This document shows, piece after piece, positions 42,920 through 56,815 of a stretch of 64,000 bases of DNA. Source of the DNA: Eledone cirrhosa. Lineage: Eukaryota. The stretch spans positions 287,804,001 through 287,868,000 of the forward strand of contig OZ024743.1 of assembly GCA_964016885.1 (NCBI GenBank). The letters are read 5' to 3'. A program made the position numbers and the translations under genes. Within the stretch, counting starts at the first letter, position 1. Each line of letters begins with the position of its first letter. The notes under the pieces were generated by a model. That model did no database searches and was not told the DNA's origin. It was given only the letters and a program-made list of their open reading frames with translations.

Positions 42920-43530
42920 CATGGTGGCTGCACACTCCTTTTCGAGTACGGCCACTACTTTATATCCATGTAGGAGAACCCCTACCGATGCGCTGAACGA
43001 GTGTGACTTTTTAGTCCAGCCAGCGACTTGAAAAATCTGGTACAAACACTACACTTGTGACAATTATTGGCACATAGTGCTGGGCCCATGGTACCATGTG
43101 ACGACAAGTGCAGAGAGATCTCCAGATATAAAGCAATGCCTGTGCCGTGAAGCTTTTATAGTGAGCAAAGGCACTGCACAAAGCCAGTCCCACTCTCTTA
43201 ACCAAGATGAGATTTACCAAAAAGAAGAACAAGTCAACATCATTGGATACCATCAGAGTTGCAGGTGTTATATCAGAGTTTTCCTTCTCCTAGAATTCTG
43301 CCTTGACAAAGGCTAAGGGGTCATCTCTCCAGGTGATTTTGGATGGCCATTGACACTTAAGAGCTCCTTTGCCCTTGACAGGTTTTGTTTTTAGTCCTGC
43401 AGGATGTCCAAAGTCACCCTCCTCACCAAGAAACCTTGGTGGGGTTGCCAGTTTAGTCGCCAACGATCCGACCATGAGACAGGTTGTACTGGGATACATG
43501 TTACCAGTAGCACCAACTGGTGACCTGACA
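42920..43530 (-). mobile_element. Non-coding retroposon relic between (TACA)n tracts
   Basis: Homologous to 28022-28545. Confidence 0.65.
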
Positions 43531-43936
43531 TATATACATGCATACATACATACATACATACATACATACATACATACATACATACATACATACATACATA
43601 CATACATACACACATACATACATATACAACCTTGCCACCAGGAAGGTGGCCGGTCAAAAATATACTCGAAATTAAGAGAAAGAGATAACATGCATACATA
43701 CATACAAACATACATACATACATGCATACGTATATACATACATAAATACATGCATACGTACATATATACATACATATATACATACATACATATTTGTTCA
43801 CACACACATATATAGGCATATAGATATCTGCACATATGTGTGAGCATGTTGTTGGAGAGATAAAGGATAAAAGAAAGCGAGATAGAGAGATAGAGAGATA
43901 GAGAGATAGAGAGAGAAAGTGTGAGTGAGTGAGTGA

Positions 43937-44027
<91 letters not shown>

Positions 44028-45046
44028 TGGGGTGGTGTGGTGGATGGAGTAGTGAGCGAAAGTTATCGTCTTGGGAAATATATTGCATCTGTGTCCTTCT
44101 AGTTTGAAGAATCAGAGTACTAAAGTAAAATGTCTTTAATAGATGCATTAGTTGTGAAGGCAGGTAGAAAGGAAGAAAAATGGTAGACACATTGCATTGT
44201 GTTGAGATTAAGAAGAATGGGGAAAGAAAGAGAAGGATTATGATTATAATAAAGAAGATGGAAAAAAAGAAAAAAAACAGTACCATCTCCACTACCCACC
44301 ACCGCAACAAAAACAGCACCAACAGCAACATCAACAACAGCAATAATAATTGTGTCTACTTTAGGCACAAGGCTAGCAATTTGAAGAAGGGGGGGGGAGT
44401 CGATGAAACCGATTCAGTGCTTACTGGTACTTTATTTTATCGACCTCGTAAAGCTAACCTTGGCAGGAATAATACGTAGTAATAGTAGTAGTACTAGTAA
44501 TAGAAATATTAGTAATAGTAGAAGAAGAAGAAGAAGAAGAAGAATATATTAAATGCAATGATGGATTTACGAAGTAGCTTATTTTTCCACAGACACGTGT
44601 AGCCTTAATGCAATTATTAAGAAGATTCAGAGTGACAATCAGGGAAAAAGCAGGTCCATTTAATTACAGGTAAAACTAGTCGTGCTCAAGGACAGCTCAG
44701 GGCCAGGAATAGAACGCTCGACCTTGCGATTGTGAGCTGTACACACAACCACTAAACCATGAACCTTCATAAGTAATATAAAAGAAATGGTGCGAAGAAC
44801 ATATACGGTGCATTAGGTAAAACAAGATTTGAATGAAATGGATGGCTTATATGTATAATATTCAGTAGCCAAAATAGCTACACGATATTGAAAACCAGAA
44901 AAAAGTGTTATGCTTCTATCAGAAATACATAGATATATACAGACAAGCACACACACATATCGAATCCCTTTCAGGTTGACCATCGAACCTACATGTAATG
45001 AATATTATATCTATCTAATTATATCGCCCCCCCCCTCTCTCTCTCT

Positions 45047-45245
45047 CGTGGCTGAGTGGTTAGAGAATTGGATTCGCAATCGCGCGTTTGCGAGTTTGAT
45101 TCACGGACCGGGCGATGCATTATGTCCTTGAGCAAGACACTTTATTTCATATTGTTCCGTCTACCTGGATTTGCGACCGATAGATAGTATTAGCAATTGG
45201 AAAGACCAATGGAAACGTCGTTTTCTCGGTCCGATTTGACGTATC
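45047..45245 (+). mobile_element. tRNA-derived SINE (family 2)
   Basis: gtggctgagtggttagag..gagtttgattc..tgtccttgagcaagacactttatttca. Confidence 0.8.
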
Positions 45246-46209
45246 TCGATAGAATATCGATAGATGCATGTATGTATTTGTTCACTTGTATTTATTTGTG
45301 TATATATATGTACGCGTCTGCCCGGGTTTGCTTATTTTCTTGTTTGAATCACATACATATATACATACATGATGGACTGCAAGTCGATTTCGAGTAAAGC
45401 TATCGCTTGATACTTAAGTATGAGCATCAAGGACGTGGTTTTTTAGTCCTGCCAGGGACCTGCCTATGGTCAGCAATACCATGCATTGCAAAAAAAAAAT
45501 CACTTATCAAGCAATTCCTGTGAGGAAAGGCTTTGCATCGAATACATTTGCCCCCAAATAACTGGTCTACATCATTGGATGCAAAAGAAGTCGTAGAGTG
45601 ATCTTCTAGAGAGATGTCTTAATGAAGACTAGGAGTCTCTCGCTCCACAAAAGAAAGAAATACGTATATACATAGATACACACATACGCACACAAACGTG
45701 AACACATACGCGCGCGCGCACACACACACACACATGTATATATATGTGTGTGCGTGTGCAGTAAAGTTGCGCACGGAAATAAAACGAAACACGTGGGACG
45801 AACGATCCGATCGAAAGCCTCGATCTTCTTTTCGGCTGACCCTTGAGCAATACAATTACGTGCATAAGGTTGGGTTCGGATTGCATAATATGAAGACCAG
45901 GCTGCACGACGGCTCGTACAAGCTGCCGGAAAATGATATGACACAACCCGACAACAAAGTAAAACAAAGCCCTGTCGTTCAACTGAGAGAGTAAACCGAG
46001 TACGTAAACAAATAATAACAAAAGATCTTACAACTGGAAACAGAAGAGGATACAGTAGAGATGAAGGGTACACATGATAATACAGGCAGAAGGGAAATAT
46101 AAATAGACTATCGTCAAAAGTTAAAGTACTGAGGAGGGTAGACAAGCATGTCTTGTCTCTTTCGAAGCCAGGTAGTGAAAAACGGTCGGAAATTGGGGAT
46201 GTACACACG

Positions 46210-46250
<41 letters not shown>

Positions 46251-46815
46251 ACGCTCACAGATACACACTTTCACACACATACATATATGCATGAAATATG
46301 ATTACATTTAAATATACATCAGTAAATATGGAGACACTTCTCCCTCAATGTTTTTATATGCGTGTATGTGTGTGTGTGTGTGTGTGTGTACGTGTGTGTG
46401 CGTACGTCTGCTTCTGTGTGTGTATACATATAAACATATATATATAATACATATCTATAATCATGCATATATACTCATACACAGACACATATGAGAAGTA
46501 GAGAATCACAATATCGAAATAAAAAAAAATAACACGAACATCACATAAACAAACAACAAACATCAAATAATATAACAACAGTAACAACAGTACAACAACT
46601 AAGATTTCGTCGGACGAAGGTGTAAAAGCAGGCTATTGATAATCTGTAGGGAAATCAAAGAAAGTTGTTAGTTAGAATACGACATTCTAAAGGGAAATAA
46701 TAGCTGTACCATATGAGCTTTCAATCTGAAAAATCTTGCAGCATACTCACCGAGTACGTTCATATGTATTCATATGTACAACTATACGCACGCAAAACAA
46801 GCATACACTCTCTCT

Positions 46816-46866
<51 letters not shown>

Positions 46867-46926
46867 TCTCACCATATATATATATATATATGCCTCTCAC
46901 CATCTCTCTCTACCTCTTTCCCTCTC

Positions 46927-46964
<38 letters not shown>

Positions 46965-46976
46965 CATATATATATG

Positions 46977-47028
<52 letters not shown>

Positions 47029-47396
47029 CATTTGTATGTATGTGTATGTATGCTTGAATGTAAAGATTCGTAAAAGTGCGTGCATTTATGCAAGTGTATG
47101 TGTGTAAGTACATTTATGTATAAACAAAAACCGTGTGTGAGGATGATTTTAAATTGTTAGTGTGTTTGTGTGTGTTTATGTGTATGCTTATACATGCACA
47201 CACACACACTCACTCATACATACACTCACACACACACAGATACACACACAGACACATACACACACACATATATATATGTATGCGTTTCGGTGCATGCATG
47301 AGTATCTGTGAGTGAGAGAGTACTCGTGAGCATTTGTATATTGTTTTGCGGCAGAATATAGAGAGAAGAGGAGAGATATGAGAAAATACTGTATGA

Positions 47397-47448
<52 letters not shown>

Positions 47449-47568
47449 ACATATGTATATATATTTGTGTGTGTGAGTGTGTGAGATTGTTTGCGTGTGC
47501 GTATACTTACAGAGGGAAATAGATAGAAAGAGACAGGTAATACACAGATTGATAGGCAGACACACAGG

Positions 47569-47603
<35 letters not shown>

Positions 47604-49629
47604 AGGCGCACACTCACACACACACACGTGCGCTTTACGCCATTTCTATATAGCTTACAACTTTCGAGGATCTTCTACTTGATGCCGAATGTAATATCGC
47701 GTTCTTTCAAATTCTAGATGTAATTAGATACTATTGTTGCATTCCAAGTTTCAATATTTCTAAAAGAAGTGTTTGAATTGGTTACATCATAGCTACATAT
47801 TGTTTACGTATGGTATTTAGATTTGGTCTGGTGGAAGTGAGTTTTTCTTATAAATGATAGCCTAAGCCTTGATGATTGATTTAGGGGACATGCATTTAGA
47901 TTTCTACTTATGTACTTCTGATTGTTTTTCTAGGGTCTCAAGATATTCAGTTTTTCATATTAGAATTATAACTGTGACTCACTATTTTTATGTTTTTCGT
48001 GTGGTTAAAGAATAAATGTTTATATATTGATAACTTTTGACTAAAAGTGAAAGTACACAGCCTAGCAATTAGGGAGTTGGGCTTACGACCATAATGTCGT
48101 GGGTCTAATGTAGCAAGTTGTGTTCTTGAGTCTAACACTTCTTTTTAGGTTGTTCCAGTCCACTTAGCGGAAACTGAGTGCCAACAGCAGCTGTTTATTA
48201 ACCCTGCGATACATTGGTTTCTTGTCAAGTTGACAGTCTTGTATTTTCAGTGGCATAACGCCAATAAAACCGGGATAAACAGCGGCCTGATAAGCCTCCG
48301 CGCTTGTAACAAACTTTCTTCTGTTTTTGTATACATTACATCTATGGCCGATCTCCCAGCCGGGATTTTTTCTGAAAAATCAGTAGCTGATGTTAACAAG
48401 GGACTTACTTACTTTGCAGATTGTAGTTTCTCCCTTACTGAGACGTTTGTATGTTCCTTGACATCAGTTCACAGAGCAGAAGGAGTCGGTTTTTTGAAGC
48501 TTGTGACTACTATGTACCAAATCTCCCGCAATATAAGGGTGGGATTTGTTTTCGCAGAAGTTTACTTCCCTACAGAAGTGTAAGTCTATCTAGGGTGATA
48601 ACCAAAACTCTATACTTTGCAAAAGGACAACCTGTGTTTAGTTCGAGACGGTATATTATTAACATTTTACAGTTAACCCTAATATTTGAAGACTGTTCCC
48701 CTATCGGCCACTTGGGGAATCAGTATATATATAGTACCCTAACAGGTGCTATCTCTTGAGTAATGGCAAACAAGGGTTGACTCTAAATTCCACAGAATTC
48801 CAAAACTGAAGTCCCAGCACAAGATTCAGTTTAGTGTGATAACCAGGACAAATATGTCACAACTTCATCGTTAGCTAAAAATTAATTTTGTCAGTAGAAG
48901 AGAAACTTCTTCCGTTTATCTTCCTCTTTCGATAGGTCGTTCTTTAGCGTTAGAAAATGCGACTGTGGTCGATGAATATTGTCTTTGTAACATATGATGC
49001 TTTGTTCTGTCGTATATTTGGGTAGTATGGAGTAATACAACCTCCAATCTTATATTTTCTGTTGTTTTCATGTCCGCTTTTTCATGCTTAACTCTGTTTA
49101 CGGTTATGTTAAGCAACTAAATGAATAAGAATGCTCTCTAGACATGACACACTCTGACACATCATTAATAACCAGCTGGTGGTGGTACACACTTCCAGCT
49201 AAGTGAAGTAGAGAGTCGTGGAATGAAGTGCTTTGCTTAAGGAAACAATGCGCCACCTGGTTAAGGAATCGAACCCATATTCTTATGATCGTAAACCCAA
49301 CAGACAAACTCCTAATCCGCGCATCTTCATTGGTACTTATTTCATCGTTCTCGGATGGTTGTAAAACAAAATTGTCTATGGAAGGATTATAACTTGAAAA
49401 GTAGAGAACGATTTTCCGCGTTATATTTGGAGGTATTAACCTCTTCTGTTGGGGAAGCGGCTTTTGCCGAAGCTTTAGTGTTAATAAAAAATAAATATAA
49501 AAAAAAAATACTTTATCATCATTGAGGATATGGAAAATGTTCGAAATAAAATTTCACTTGGCTTTAATAGAATGTAATACTTCTCCAAGAGAAATACATT
49601 AAACCATAAGGACCATGTCTGTTCAATAA

Positions 49630-51591
49630 CACCGTGTAACATATTTTTTGTTCCCCGGTTCTAAGTGTCATGTCATGGTTTGTTATATCTCATTATTATA
49701 AAAAAACACTATTATTTAATCAGAAGTTTGGGTTTGTGGTCAGGAGTTTGATATTTCGAAATTTTCATATTTTTCAAGAAAAAACACATTTTTTTTAAAT
49801 TTAGCAGTTCATATAATTAAACCAACAGAATATATTTTATTACACAAGCTTATCAAAAGCAAACAAGTAAAAACAAATAACACTCATAAAGCAACTTATA
49901 CACGTCAGAAATGACTGGATTTCCTGGATTTGTGGTTGTAGTCCAGGTCGCATTCCCGCACTAGCCCCCAGATATAGTCCCCCCATCATTTTTTCATTGT
50001 AGTGGCCCTGGTACCTCCGCTCTATATCTTTCACATCTTGGTGGAATCGTTCGCCTTGTTCTTCTGAGTAGGTGCCCATATTGTCCTTGAATTTTTCCAG
50101 GTGAGCGTCCAGCATATGGAGTTTAAGCGACATCCTGCATCCCATGGCGCCAAAAGCCTTTATCAGATCCTGCACCAGTTGCTGGTAGTTTTCAGCTCTC
50201 TAGTTGCCCAAAAAGCCCTTAACAACTGCCTTGAAACAGTTCCATGCTGTTCTCTCAATCCTATTGAGCTTATTGGAGAACTCGGTAGACTCAAACACCT
50301 TCTTTATCTGAGGTCCAACAAAAATTCCACCTTTGATTTTGGCCTCAGATAACTTGGGGAAGAACTCAAGAAGGTACTTAAAAGCGGCTGATTCTTGGTT
50401 GAGAGCCTTCACAAACTGCTTCATCAACCCCAACTTAATGTGGAGTGGCGGCATGAGCACAATCCTGAGATCAACCAGTGGCTCCCACATGACGTTCCGG
50501 GTCCCAACTACAAATTATGTTCGCTGCTCCTAGTTCTTTCTTTTGTAGTGGTCAGAGGTGGCTCTGCTGTCCCAAAGGCAGAGAAAGCATTGGAATTTGA
50601 TAAAGCCTCCTTGGAGTCCAAGCAGGAAAGCCATAATCTTGAAGTCTCCAATGATTTCCCAATTGTACTGGTTGTATTGCAGAGCTTCCAAGAGGACTTT
50701 CACACTGTAGTAATCTTTCTTCAGGCAGACTGAATGAGCTAGGGGCAGTGTCGGGACAGCCTTAAAACTTGTGGTGGAGCTGTCTATAAATAGCTGCCAC
50801 TCCTTGGGCACAAAAGGCACCCAATAACGTCAAACAGTCCTGGCACGTCATGGCAGAAGTAGAGGCCATCCCTAAAAGTGTAAAAGCCTGAGAAAGGTTC
50901 GCATCGACTTCTCTGACTTGTCACCTGCACTTCCTCCTTGACCAACTTCCACTGCTTCATCCTGGAGACGAATAGCTCTGCATTGAACTTGGTCAGACTC
51001 ATATCCCTGACCAAGTCATTGACTTCTTTTTGGTTTGGGAAGTGAGGAACTTTTTCTGGTACCTCAAGCAGGTAATCCAAGTCCTCAGCATCCATCTCCT
51101 CCTCTTCATCAGAATACTTGTCTTGGAAAATAAATTTGATATGCAATACAAAATAAATATTGGAAAGGGAAATACATATTTAAATAATATAAAAGAACAC
51201 TAATCATACTAATGAAAATTCGTGCTTAAAACACAACTTACCCTTTATTCAAGGTGCGAAAATCCAGTATCAATTAATCTCTTTAATACACTTTTTAACA
51301 ACTTTATACTTTATTGCACTTTTATAATTTTCTTTAGGTATTACTCTTTATTTTATAATTTTAATTTAACCTGAAACATATAAAAAAATCATTTAACATA
51401 AGCAAGTTAAACTTACATACAACGTAAAATCCAGCATACAAATAATTTTAGTGAATAGCTTAGAATTTTTACAAACCCAAACTTTTAACTGTTTAATAGC
51501 ACTTTTTTTTATTTATGTGGGACCTAAGCAACACAAAAAAAGTGATTACAAGCCATGAACAGAGGAAACATTTTTTTTTTGTTACACGGTG
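49630..51591 (-). mobile_element. Chapaev3-type DNA transposon (deletion derivative)
   Basis: TIR caccgtgtaaca / tgttacacggtg, 3-bp TAA TSD on both sides, transposase relic inside. Confidence 0.88.
49900..51120 (-). pseudogene. Chapaev transposase with stops and frameshifts
   Basis: WQLFIDSS..IIGDFK..CFLCLWDSRA..MPPLHIKLGLMKQFVKAL..SEAKIKGGIFVGPQIK..SLKLHMLDAHL..SEEQGERFHQD..RRYQG. Confidence 0.9.
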
Positions 51592-51592
51592 T

Positions 51593-51845
51593 AATCGGAG
51601 GACTTATTATCACCTTTGAAAATGGCCTAGTTGCAAGAGCGGTAGGTTGGCAGAGACGTTAGGACGTCGAGCAAACGTGTAGCAGTAGTTGTTGGGGCTC
51701 TTTACATTCTGAATTCAATTTCGGCTGAGGTCACTTAGCCTTTCATCCTGAAGGTGTCGATAAAATAAAGTACCAGTAACGTACTGTGGTCGATTTAATC
51801 GACTTTCCCCCCCAAAAAAAAATTGTTGTCCCTGTGACTAAATCT
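51593..51845 (+). mobile_element. SINE (family 1) with 5' extension
   Basis: Matches 27660-27880 in reverse. Confidence 0.8.
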
Positions 51846-52046
51846 ATTATAATAGATTAATCGTACTTATAATTGTTAGTATTATTATCATTTAAGCTCT
51901 AACCAAGCGTTTCCCAAACTTTTTACCTTTGTGGAACCCTTTGAATAGTGTTCATATCTCAGAGAAACTCCGCATAAAAATTATTATATACCATTATTAA
52001 TATCTATCAGTATATATATATATATATATATATATAGATATATATA

Positions 52047-52780
52047 CAATGATATTAAATAAATGGAAACTATATTTATAAAACCATATTTATTCTATTA
52101 TATATATTTCAAGGGTACCAAAATTTTGGTACGCTATCATCAGATAAAATACGAAGTGTATTTTATAAATTTTGATTATCAAACATAATATGTTTATGTT
52201 TGCACGATTGAGAAAGGAAAGATAACTCCAATTTTGTTTGTTAACCATTAAATTAGATGAATGATTTACTCCAAAATATATAGAGAAAATTATATATTAT
52301 TTTGTGTGAGATCCATTATTTTAGTCGAAAGATGTGTGAATGTTTAAATAACAAAAAAAAGAGAGAGAGAGGAAAAATGTAATGTGTTTTTCGAAGATCT
52401 ATCGTAGAGAGCATACATTTTCAGAATGTCATTTAAAGATTATCAATCTACATCTAAAATCTATTTAGAGGGGTGTCCTTAGAAAAATAATGTCAGAATT
52501 AAAAATAATGTCACAATTAAAATAATGTCGGAAATTATCTTTCGACTAAAATAATCGATCTCACACAAAATAATATATAATTTTCTCTATATATTTTGGA
52601 GTAAATCATTAATCTAATTTAATGGTTAACAATCAAAATAAATAAATATGGTTTCATAAATATAGTTTCCATTTATTTAATATCATTGTATATTATACTC
52701 CAGAAAACTTGTAGAGTGCTCTGAATCAGTTATAAACATTTATATTTGTTGCATCACCAACAAATTGAATATCCCTTCTG

Positions 52781-52781
<1 letters not shown>
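52047..52781. mobile_element. Rearranged family A-related fold-back element
   Basis: Nested inverted segments 52047-52093 / 52640-52690 and 52238-52333 / 52537-52632; family A tail at 52640-52781. Confidence 0.7.
52091..52151 (-). ncRNA. Type I hammerhead ribozyme
   Basis: Reverse complement tattttat-CTGATGA-tagcgtaccaaaattttggtaccctt-GAAA-tatata-TA-atagaata. Confidence 0.7.
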
Positions 52782-52816
<35 letters not shown>

Positions 52817-52848
52817 CAGAAGGGTGCGATATAGATATATATATATAT

Positions 52849-53130
52849 ATATGAATAAATTTAGTCCTTCATCAGTGATTTTCCAGCCTTCATTGGTATT
52901 TCATCGCTTTAAAGACCATATACCTCTGGTTGGTGCGAGCAACGGCTAAAGAAAGTCGTTGGGACACGTAAATAGGGGGAACGAACGAGACAGTAAACAA
53001 ACAGAGGTATATGGTCTTTAAAGCGCTGAAATACCAATGAAGACTGGAAGATCACTGATGAAGGACTAAATTTATTCATATGTAACCCATTTGCAACCAC
53101 GCAGCACGCCATGTTTTCATATTTTTCATA
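52849..53130 (+). mobile_element. Fold-back element (family D) between (TA)n tracts
   Basis: ~80-bp inverted arms 52849-52928 / 53002-53081 plus tail; CTGATGA present but no canonical hammerhead could be built. Confidence 0.6.
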
Positions 53131-53472
53131 TATATATATAATATATATATATATATACGCACCCATACACACACATGCATACTACGTACACAAACCCACA
53201 AAAGTCCAAAACGCACACACACAGCACACACGTATTGCGTGTATTTGTAAATTGTAGTTATATCCGACTGACGAACAGTGAGATGGTTAAATACTGAAGA
53301 TGAGAGAGAAAGTAATTGACGCGATAGATGGATAGATAGATAAATGGATAGATAAATATAGAGAGGGGGGAAAGAGAGACATATGGAAAAAGTAAGGGAG
53401 AGAGAGGGAAAGAGAGGGAAAGAGAGAGTGAGTGTTAAGTGAGAGAAACACAGTTGGGGTAAGGAGAAAGTG

Positions 53473-53503
<31 letters not shown>

Positions 53504-53646
53504 CAGAGAGAGAGAGAGAGAGAGAGGAGTGAGATTGGGTGTTAAATGAGAGAAACATAGTTGGGGAAAGGGAGAATGTGATAGATAGATAGAGAGAGAG
53601 GGGGAGAGAGTGCGCGTTATGTGAGAGAAATACCGTTTGGGGAAGG

Positions 53647-53729
<83 letters not shown>

Positions 53730-54419
53730 TGAAAGAGGGAAAGTGAAAGTGAGCATTATGTGAGAGAAATACTGTTTGGGGAAGGGAGAAAGTGATAGAT
53801 AGATAAATAGATAGATAGATAAATAGATAGATAAATAGATAGATGATAGATAGTGAGATAGATGGACCAATACAGAATCGTTGAAGTTCTGTATGTTGCC
53901 AAAAATATGTCGCGTGTATTTCTTATCAATAGAAACACTTTACACATATGGTCACAAGGGGTCATTCTTATATATCTGCTCCGCCCCAATAGACCAGCTT
54001 GGCAGCGTGATACTTTTATTAAACATACACTATCTAACGTCTTCTCTATATCATTCACTTTATCTTCTTTATCAATCTCTTCGTCACACATATTTACATA
54101 CATATTACTGTATACAGATATAGTCTATAAAGAAGCAAAGCAAGCGCATACATTTACACATAGACAATAGCAGATCACGAAGAAAGAAACATTTATATAT
54201 GCATATATTCTTCCTTAATGAGTATCTAATGAAATGTAATGATCGCTAAAAGGAAAGGACACAAGAAAATAAAATCATGTTATACATATTAAGGTAAATA
54301 TATGCCGTACATATAGTGTATCCGTGTTCTAAAAAGTGATGACAGTTATATTCATTATAGACAAAAAAATATTTTCTTGATTATGAAAATCTTTTGAAAA
54401 TATTATAGTCTTTAGCACA

Positions 54420-54498
<79 letters not shown>

Positions 54499-54504
<6 letters not shown>

Positions 54505-54941
54505 AGAAGCAAACAATTGCTTATTGTGATCCAGTTTTTGGTTAAGAAAGCCAGTTTCATGGATGGTTTCAACGTACGGTTAGGGGTAACTCCACAAGTT
54601 TGTAAGAATTCCGTTCAATCTTGGAGTATAAAGTATAAAAGAGAAAACACAGGTAAGCATTAAGAGAAGGCTTTTATCCAGGTATTTACGACCGTTTCAT
54701 TGGTAAGTGCAACCTTATATTGCTATACTGCAAATAGCAGCCACTCAATTATAATTGTTGTTCACAGTCCAAATTTTCAAAATAGTACTTACTATTTTGA
54801 AAATTTGGACTGTGAACAACAATTATAATTGAGTGGCTGCTATTTGCAGTATAGCAATATAAGGTTGCACTTACCAATGAAACGGTCGTAAATACCTGGA
54901 TAAAAGCCTTCTCTTAATGCTTACCTGTGTTTTCTCTTTTA

Positions 54942-54945
<4 letters not shown>
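54499..54945 (-). mobile_element. Fold-back element (family B-related) between (TA)n tracts
   Basis: Apparently perfect ~156-bp arms 54632-54787 / 54790-54945; GAAA-cggtcg-TA-aatacc at 54879-54896. Confidence 0.8.
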
Positions 54946-54990
<45 letters not shown>

Positions 54991-54995
<5 letters not shown>

Positions 54996-56385
54996 ACTAT
55001 AAAGCTGACGGTCGTATGTAGGTAACAAACTTTCCGCTAAACGGCTGGACCAAACAGCACCAAATTTGCACCATAGATGTAACTTTTTCCAAGTAAAAAA
55101 GTGAGGGTATTTTTGTCTACTGAATTTTGTTAAAAGATTAAAGACATTATTTAAATATTCACTTCTTTAAAATTTCAAATGTCTCAGTTATACGTCATTC
55201 CTCAATTTTTCTAATGACATCGTACAACATTCCCCTCTTTTTCTTAGTCTGTCTTTTTAGATAGATACTTAGCTATAACGTAGCGCCCTTATAATATGTC
55301 TCTGTATGTCTGGCTGTCTGCATTAGATAACGTTTTTCGAAATATTTACTTCTGCGTTCACAGACTGATTTTTTTTAGTTAAGGGTGAAAGCAGCGATTC
55401 TTTGCTTAAACTTTAATGTTATTTTGATATATATATATTCGTGTACAGATATTTTTGGAAACACAAAAACAAAAACCTATTTATTTCACGAAAGCACAGA
55501 CGGCTTATCGTCATTGTTACTGTTCGAGGCCAGAGGACCACAGTCTTTCCAAGATTTGAGAACCATCAATGGCCATCAATGTTCCACTTACCGTTTGGCT
55601 TGCCAGATGCATGGTATGTTACACGATGAGAGCCATTGGCACCCCACCCTGCAAGAACCAGCAACTGCTAAAGTCCCTTCTCAGCTGCGAAAACTTTTTG
55701 CTATTATGCTGCACAACTGCGATCTCGCCGACCCTCTCGCAATGTGGAACTACCACCGCGAAAGTCTAGCTGAGAACATCCTCCACCGCACACGGAGACA
55801 CAATCCAAACGTAACATACGGTGTCGTTTTCAATGAGGCGCTCATTTGTCGTGAAAACAGTGTCCTGGAGATTGGTGGTAGGCCTCTAAGTCACTAAAGC
55901 TACCTGCTCCTGACAGGAGTGTCCAGAGGTCAACGTCTACAGAGCTTCTCCGTGAGACGAGCTACGAGATCAGTGCTTCTCCCATGGTCAATTGTATGTA
56001 GGATACTCTAGGGTGAGCTCGCCAAACAATCTCTTTGCTCCGGGAGGGGGGAGGGGGGCGAACAAAAAATATTGTATACTCTGAGGCTCTAACAATGTAA
56101 TTTAAATATTTTCTATTACTTGGAATTTCCATTATGGTTGTACAAATTATTGTTTGTTAAAAAATGTGTTCTCTGTTCAGCCTTTATTGTTGTAATTATC
56201 AATTTTCTTTAACGTACTGGCTGCTGAACTGGGGGATCCTAAAAACTATTCAAACTCAACATCAGAGCACGTTAACCGCTCCACCCTCGATGACTTGAGA
56301 GGGCGTGCGGTATCTTTGCACTAGAGTGGAAGGAGGGATTCCTGAAAAGATAAAATGCCGGTATACCTAGCTGGACGGCCAGCTA

Positions 56386-56386
<1 letters not shown>
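54991..56386 (+). mobile_element. Internally deleted Helitron
   Basis: Helitron-like 5' end (tgtatactataaagc..aaacggctggacc), RepHel fragments, 3' GC hairpin followed by CTAG then T. Confidence 0.88.
55500..56100 (+). pseudogene. Helitron Rep-helicase fragments
   Basis: LLLFEARGPQSFQDLRTING..ACQMHGML.DESHW..QLRKLFA; then PIF1 C-terminal CFSHGQLYVGYSRV and TKNIVYSEAL; helicase core deleted. Confidence 0.9.
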
Positions 56387-56431
<45 letters not shown>

Positions 56432-56534
56432 TTATCGAGCCTTCTTTGGATTTTAGTCTTCACATTTCTTATTACTATTATTAATGCACTGGGTAATTGC
56501 TGGCCTTGTACAAAAAGTAGAAACAATTATTAAT

Positions 56535-56815
56535 ATTATTTCTCAGTTATTGATGTTATTTAACTGGAAAGTTTGTTGAAATAAATATCAAGCCGCTACC
56601 TGCAGCCTCAGATATTCAGGACGTATCGGAGGGTTCTTGCTGTTCCCAGCCAGCATGCTTTTGAAGTGTTCCAAAAAGCGGGGCTGGGCTAATCTTCTTT
56701 AACCATCTTTGGAAACTCTTTGAAATAGTACCTAGTGTGCCTATGACAATCAGGACCACCTTGATTTCATGGCAGTTCCAAATCCTTTTTAACTCCCACT
56801 TTAAGTCCTGGTAGC
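56535..56815 (-). pseudogene. Dong/R4-like LINE 3' fragment (RLE domain) in TAA repeats
   Basis: YQDLKWELKRIWNC..VVLIVIGTLGTI..LQK..LGTARTLRYVLNI*; (ATT)n at 56841-56867. Confidence 0.75.

Noticed and set aside
45760-45994. GC-richer unique stretch, possible host exon
   Set aside because: No recognisable domain or convincing splice pair; needs RNA-seq
48230-48759. Overlapping 117 and 102 aa ORFs
   Set aside because: No recognisable motifs; could be chance or a decayed repeat
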